Positions 61,127 to 64,000 of a DNA stretch of 64,000 bases are shown in pieces. The number at the start of each line of letters is the position of its first letter. Position 1 is the stretch's first letter. Position numbers and translations under genes: made by a program. The stretch is taken from NCBI RefSeq assembly GCF_000737315.1, contig NZ_JMCB01000004.1, positions 372,001 to 436,000 of the forward strand, written 5' to 3'. The notes beneath the pieces are model-generated. The model was not told the DNA's origin. It made no database searches and saw nothing but the letters and a program-made list of their open reading frames with translations. The DNA is from Hyalangium minutum (GTDB lineage: Bacteria > Myxococcota > Myxococcia > Myxococcales > Myxococcaceae).

Positions 61127-63661
61127 TCAGGCCGACACGAGCTGGAACGCGAGCTGGCTCTCCTCCACGGCCACTCGCACCTTGTCTCCCGCGACGAACT
61201 CGCCCGAGAGGATGCGCTCGGCCAGGGGCGCCTCCACCAGCCGCTGCACCACCTGGCGCATGGGCCGCGCCCCGAGCTGCGGATCGAACCCACCGGACTT
61301 CAGCAGGAGGCCCACCACGTCGTCGCCGGCCTCGTACTCGATGCCGCGCTCGGTCGCGAGCCGCTTGCTGCTCTCGGCCAGCAGCAGCGTGGCGATCCGC
61401 GCCACCTCCAGCTCTCGCAGGGGACGGAACGGCAGCCGCTCGTCGATGCGGTTCCACAGCTCGGGAGGCAGAGCCTTGCGCGCCGCCGCGCTCGCCGAGT
61501 CCACGTCGCTCCCGTTGCCCACGCCCGCATCCGCGCCGAACCCCAGCGCGCGCCCCGTGCGCGAGAACGCCTCCGCGCCCAGGTTCGTCGTCAGCACGAT
61601 GACCGTGTTCGAGAAGTCGATGTGCCGGCCCTTGCCATCCGTCAGCCGGCCCTCCTCGAGCACCTGGAGCAGGAGCAGCTGCACCTCGCGGTGCGCCTTC
61701 TCGATCTCGTCCAGCACCACCACGGAGGAAGGCCGACGCCGCACCGGCTCCGTGAGCTGGCCACCCTCGCCGTAGCCCACGTAGCCCGCGGGCGAGCCGA
61801 TGAGCCTGGAGACGCCGTGCTGCTCGGACATCTCGCTCATGTCCAGCCGGACCAGCGCGTCCTTGTTACCGAAGAGCACCTCGGCCAGCGCCCGCGCCAT
61901 CTCCGTCTTGCCCACGCCCGTGGGGCCCAGGAACAGGAACGAGCCCATGGGCCGCCGCGAGGCGAAGCCCGCGTAGTTGCGCCGGATGACCCGGGCAATG
62001 CGCGTCACGGCCTCCTCGTGGCCGATGACCCGGCGCGCCAAGTCCGTCTCCAGGTTCAGCAGCCGCGCCGAGTCGTTCATCAGCAGCCGCTCCTCGGGCA
62101 CCCCGGCCAGCTTCGCCACCACCCGCGCCACGTCCGCCGGCTCCACTGACTCCTTGCCCTCGCGGTGGCAGCGCGAGCCCGCCAGGTCCGCCACGGAGAT
62201 GGCCTTGTCCGGCATGAACCGGTCCGTCACGTAGCGCGAGGCCAGGGAGGCCGCCGCCTCCAGCGCCTCGGGCGCGTACTTCAGCCCGTGGTGCTCCTCG
62301 TAGCGGCCAATCACGCCCTTGAGGATCTCCACCGTCTCCGGCACGGACGGCTCGTTCACCACCACCGGCGTGAAGCGCCGCTCCAGCGCCGGATCCTGGG
62401 TGATGAACTTGCGGAACTCGTCGTGCGTCGTCGCGCCGATGCACGGGAACTCGCCCCGGGCCATGGCCGTCTTCAGCTCGTTGGCCGCGTCCTGCGGGCC
62501 GTCGCCCGTGGAGCCCGCGCCCACCAGCGTGTGGATCTCGTCGATGAAGACCACCACGCGCCCGTCCGCCTTGCGAACCTCGTCCTTCAGCGCGTTCAGC
62601 TTCTCCGAGAACGAGCCCCGCAGTTGCGTGCCCGCTACCAGCGAGGCCATGTCCAGCTCGACCAGCACCTTCGCCGCCAGGGTGCCTCGCAGCGACACCA
62701 GCTGCTGGGCCACGCCCTCCACCACGGCCGTCTTGCCCACGCCCGCCTCGCCCAGCAGGCACGGGTTGTTCGTGCGGCGCTTGCCAAGGATGTCGATGAC
62801 TTCCTCGATCTCCTTGGCGCGGCCCACCACCGGGTCCAGCTTCTTCTGCTGCGCGAGCAGGCTCAGGTTCCGGCCCAGCGACGTGAGCAGCGGGAACGTC
62901 TTGGCATCCAACGCCAGCGACGGATCCAGGCCCTTGGGCACCGGGAACGGCACGGGCGTCGGCGTGCGAGGCGCAGGGGCCGGGGCAGCGGCAGGCACCG
63001 CGGGCGCCGGGGCGGCGCGGACCACGGGCGCCGGGGGCAGGGACTCGGAGGCGGAAACCTCCTCCTCGCGGCCCTCGTCCTCATCGATCAGATCGCGCGG
63101 AGACAGCGCGGGCAGGGAAGGGCGGCTGGGCGTCACGGGCTTGGGCACGCTCAGCGCCACGGCGGACTGGGGCAGGGGCGTCGGAGGCGCACCCAGGGGC
63201 CGCCCCAACGGGTAGCGCGTCCCGAGCGCCGCCGGCTGAGCCCGGGGCGCCTGCAGCTTCCGAGGCATGCGCCCGCTGGTGAAGTAGGACAGCGCCGTGG
63301 TCCGCAGGCCAATGAGGTCCACGCCGGCCTGGGTCAGCAAGTCATTGGCCGCGCACCGCACCCGCGCGAACGCGATGAGCAGGTGCAGGCAGTCCGCCTC
63401 GCGCGAGTCGCACTGCTGGGCGATGACTCGGGCGCGCTGGCACAGGTCTCGCACCAGGGGCTCTTCCTCGGCGGGAGCCTCCGTCATGAGCTCCAGCAGC
63501 TGGTCCTCGTCGACGCCCTTCTCTTTCAGGAGGACCTGGGCGGGGTTCTCCACGGTGAAGAGCGCCAGCAACAAGTGAGCAGAGCTGAGCTTCTGTGAGA
63601 CGCTTTGGGCAATGTCCTTCGCCTCAAGGAGTACCTGCGCGAGATCCGTGCTATCGACCAT
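61127..63661 (-). CDS. ClpA/ClpC-family Hsp100 ATPase (no middle coiled coil; ClpP-docking LGF loop)
   Basis: Clp N repeats (AHLLLAL), GEAGVGKT, FIDEIH, GPTGVGKT, LDEIEKAH, ALGF loop, GARPMR; start ATG 63661 inferred. Confidence 0.93.
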   Translation of the reverse strand: MVDSTDLAQVLLEAKDIAQSVSQKLSSAHLLLALFTVENPAQVLLKEKGVDEDQLLELMTEAPAEEEPLVRDLCQRARVIAQQCDSREADCLHLLIAFARVRCAANDLLTQAGVDLIGLRTTALSYFTSGRMPRKLQAPRAQPAALGTRYPLGRPLGAPPTPLPQSAVALSVPKPVTPSRPSLPALSPRDLIDEDEGREEEVSASESLPPAPVVRAAPAPAVPAAAPAPAPRTPTPVPFPVPKGLDPSLALDAKTFPLLTSLGRNLSLLAQQKKLDPVVGRAKEIEEVIDILGKRRTNNPCLLGEAGVGKTAVVEGVAQQLVSLRGTLAAKVLVELDMASLVAGTQLRGSFSEKLNALKDEVRKADGRVVVFIDEIHTLVGAGSTGDGPQDAANELKTAMARGEFPCIGATTHDEFRKFITQDPALERRFTPVVVNEPSVPETVEILKGVIGRYEEHHGLKYAPEALEAAASLASRYVTDRFMPDKAISVADLAGSRCHREGKESVEPADVARVVAKLAGVPEERLLMNDSARLLNLETDLARRVIGHEEAVTRIARVIRRNYAGFASRRPMGSFLFLGPTGVGKTEMARALAEVLFGNKDALVRLDMSEMSEQHGVSRLIGSPAGYVGYGEGGQLTEPVRRRPSSVVVLDEIEKAHREVQLLLLQVLEEGRLTDGKGRHIDFSNTVIVLTTNLGAEAFSRTGRALGFGADAGVGNGSDVDSASAAARKALPPELWNRIDERLPFRPLRELEVARIATLLLAESSKRLATERGIEYEAGDDVVGLLLKSGGFDPQLGARPMRQVVQRLVEAPLAERILSGEFVAGDKVRVAVEESQLAFQLVSA

Positions 63662-63866
63662 TGGCGCTCCGGCAAGCGGGCATTCGAGCAAATACACTGT
63701 CCGGATCCCGGCAGCAAAATTTCTGCTACAGGTCGCTACAAGGTAGGGGTAACCCCCTGAATCTACGGAATGTGGCGGGTCGCTCGCCTGTTCGGCGGCC
63801 GGCCAGCATTTGTTGGAGCAATGACAAGGCCCCCCGCAGCGTAAAGTCCCGCAACCTCCCGCTCTT

Positions 63867-64000
63867 ATGACCTCACTTGCCCAACCCGCCCGTGTCCTCG
63901 TCGATCCGTTCGACGGGATGGGGGCCGCCATCGAGGCTCGCCGCTGGGTGTGGCCTCTGCTCTTTCTGTGCCTGAGCGTGTCGCTGTCCGGCACCGCCTT
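63867..64000 (+). CDS. Start of probable YIP1-family membrane protein, 3'-truncated by window edge
   Basis: Hand translation MTSLAQPARVLVDPFDGMGAAIEARRWVWPLLFLCLSVSLSGTA; LVDP...WVWPL pattern resembles YIP1 proteins. Confidence 0.55.
   Translation, partial: MTSLAQPARVLVDPFDGMGAAIEARRWVWPLLFLCLSVSLSGTA

Noticed and set aside
63662-63866. CIRCE/CtsR heat-shock operator upstream of the Clp ATPase
   Set aside because: No TTAGCACTC-N9-GAGTGCTAA or CtsR heptad repeats; only short palindromes (ggggt-a-acccc) and a gctaca repeat of chance-level length.
1-64000. tRNA, rRNA, tmRNA, CRISPR-cas, transposase or integrase, prophage
   Set aside because: No T-loop/CCA cloverleaf, rRNA signatures, repeat-spacer arrays, DDE or tyrosine recombinase motifs, or phage structural genes seen by eye; tRNAscan-SE/Infernal would confirm.

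Overview
GC-rich bacterial chromosome segment, most likely from a myxobacterium (Myxococcales; inferred from DUF2380/DUF2381-type genes, GLSxN lipoprotein, sigma54 signalling and codon style). About 50 real genes; most other long ORFs in the track are antisense shadows. Core genes: tail of an ABC exporter operon with an NtrC-type regulator and histidine kinase; lpdA, lipA, E2 and lipB (fused to a Nudix domain); ribA, moeA, rnr, mutS2, a NamZ-family gene, nadD, a ubiE/menG-type methyltransferase and a ClpA/C ATPase. Accessory blocks: (i) a co-oriented minus-strand block at 3.2-10.1 kb with DUF2381, a Ser/Thr kinase, a decayed pseudokinase, a 5-repeat PPC lipoprotein, and a lipoprotein toxin with coupled immunity gene; (ii) a sigma54-type divergent module of a CHASE3 chemoreceptor and two exported amide hydrolases; (iii) a RavA/ViaA-like MoxR-vWA pair; (iv) a GLSxN-repeat lipoprotein divergent from an adenylate cyclase-STAND-TPR gene; (v) a low-GC insertion at about 40.1-42.3 kb, next to mutS2, carrying a stand-alone diadenylate-cyclase (DisA_N)-like protein with a large N-terminal sensor region and a frameshifted lipoprotein. 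Block (v) is the best candidate for an uncharacterised nucleotide-signalling or defence module. I found no rRNA, tRNA, CRISPR array, transposase or integrase. Family names come from motif recognition and recall, not from database searches.
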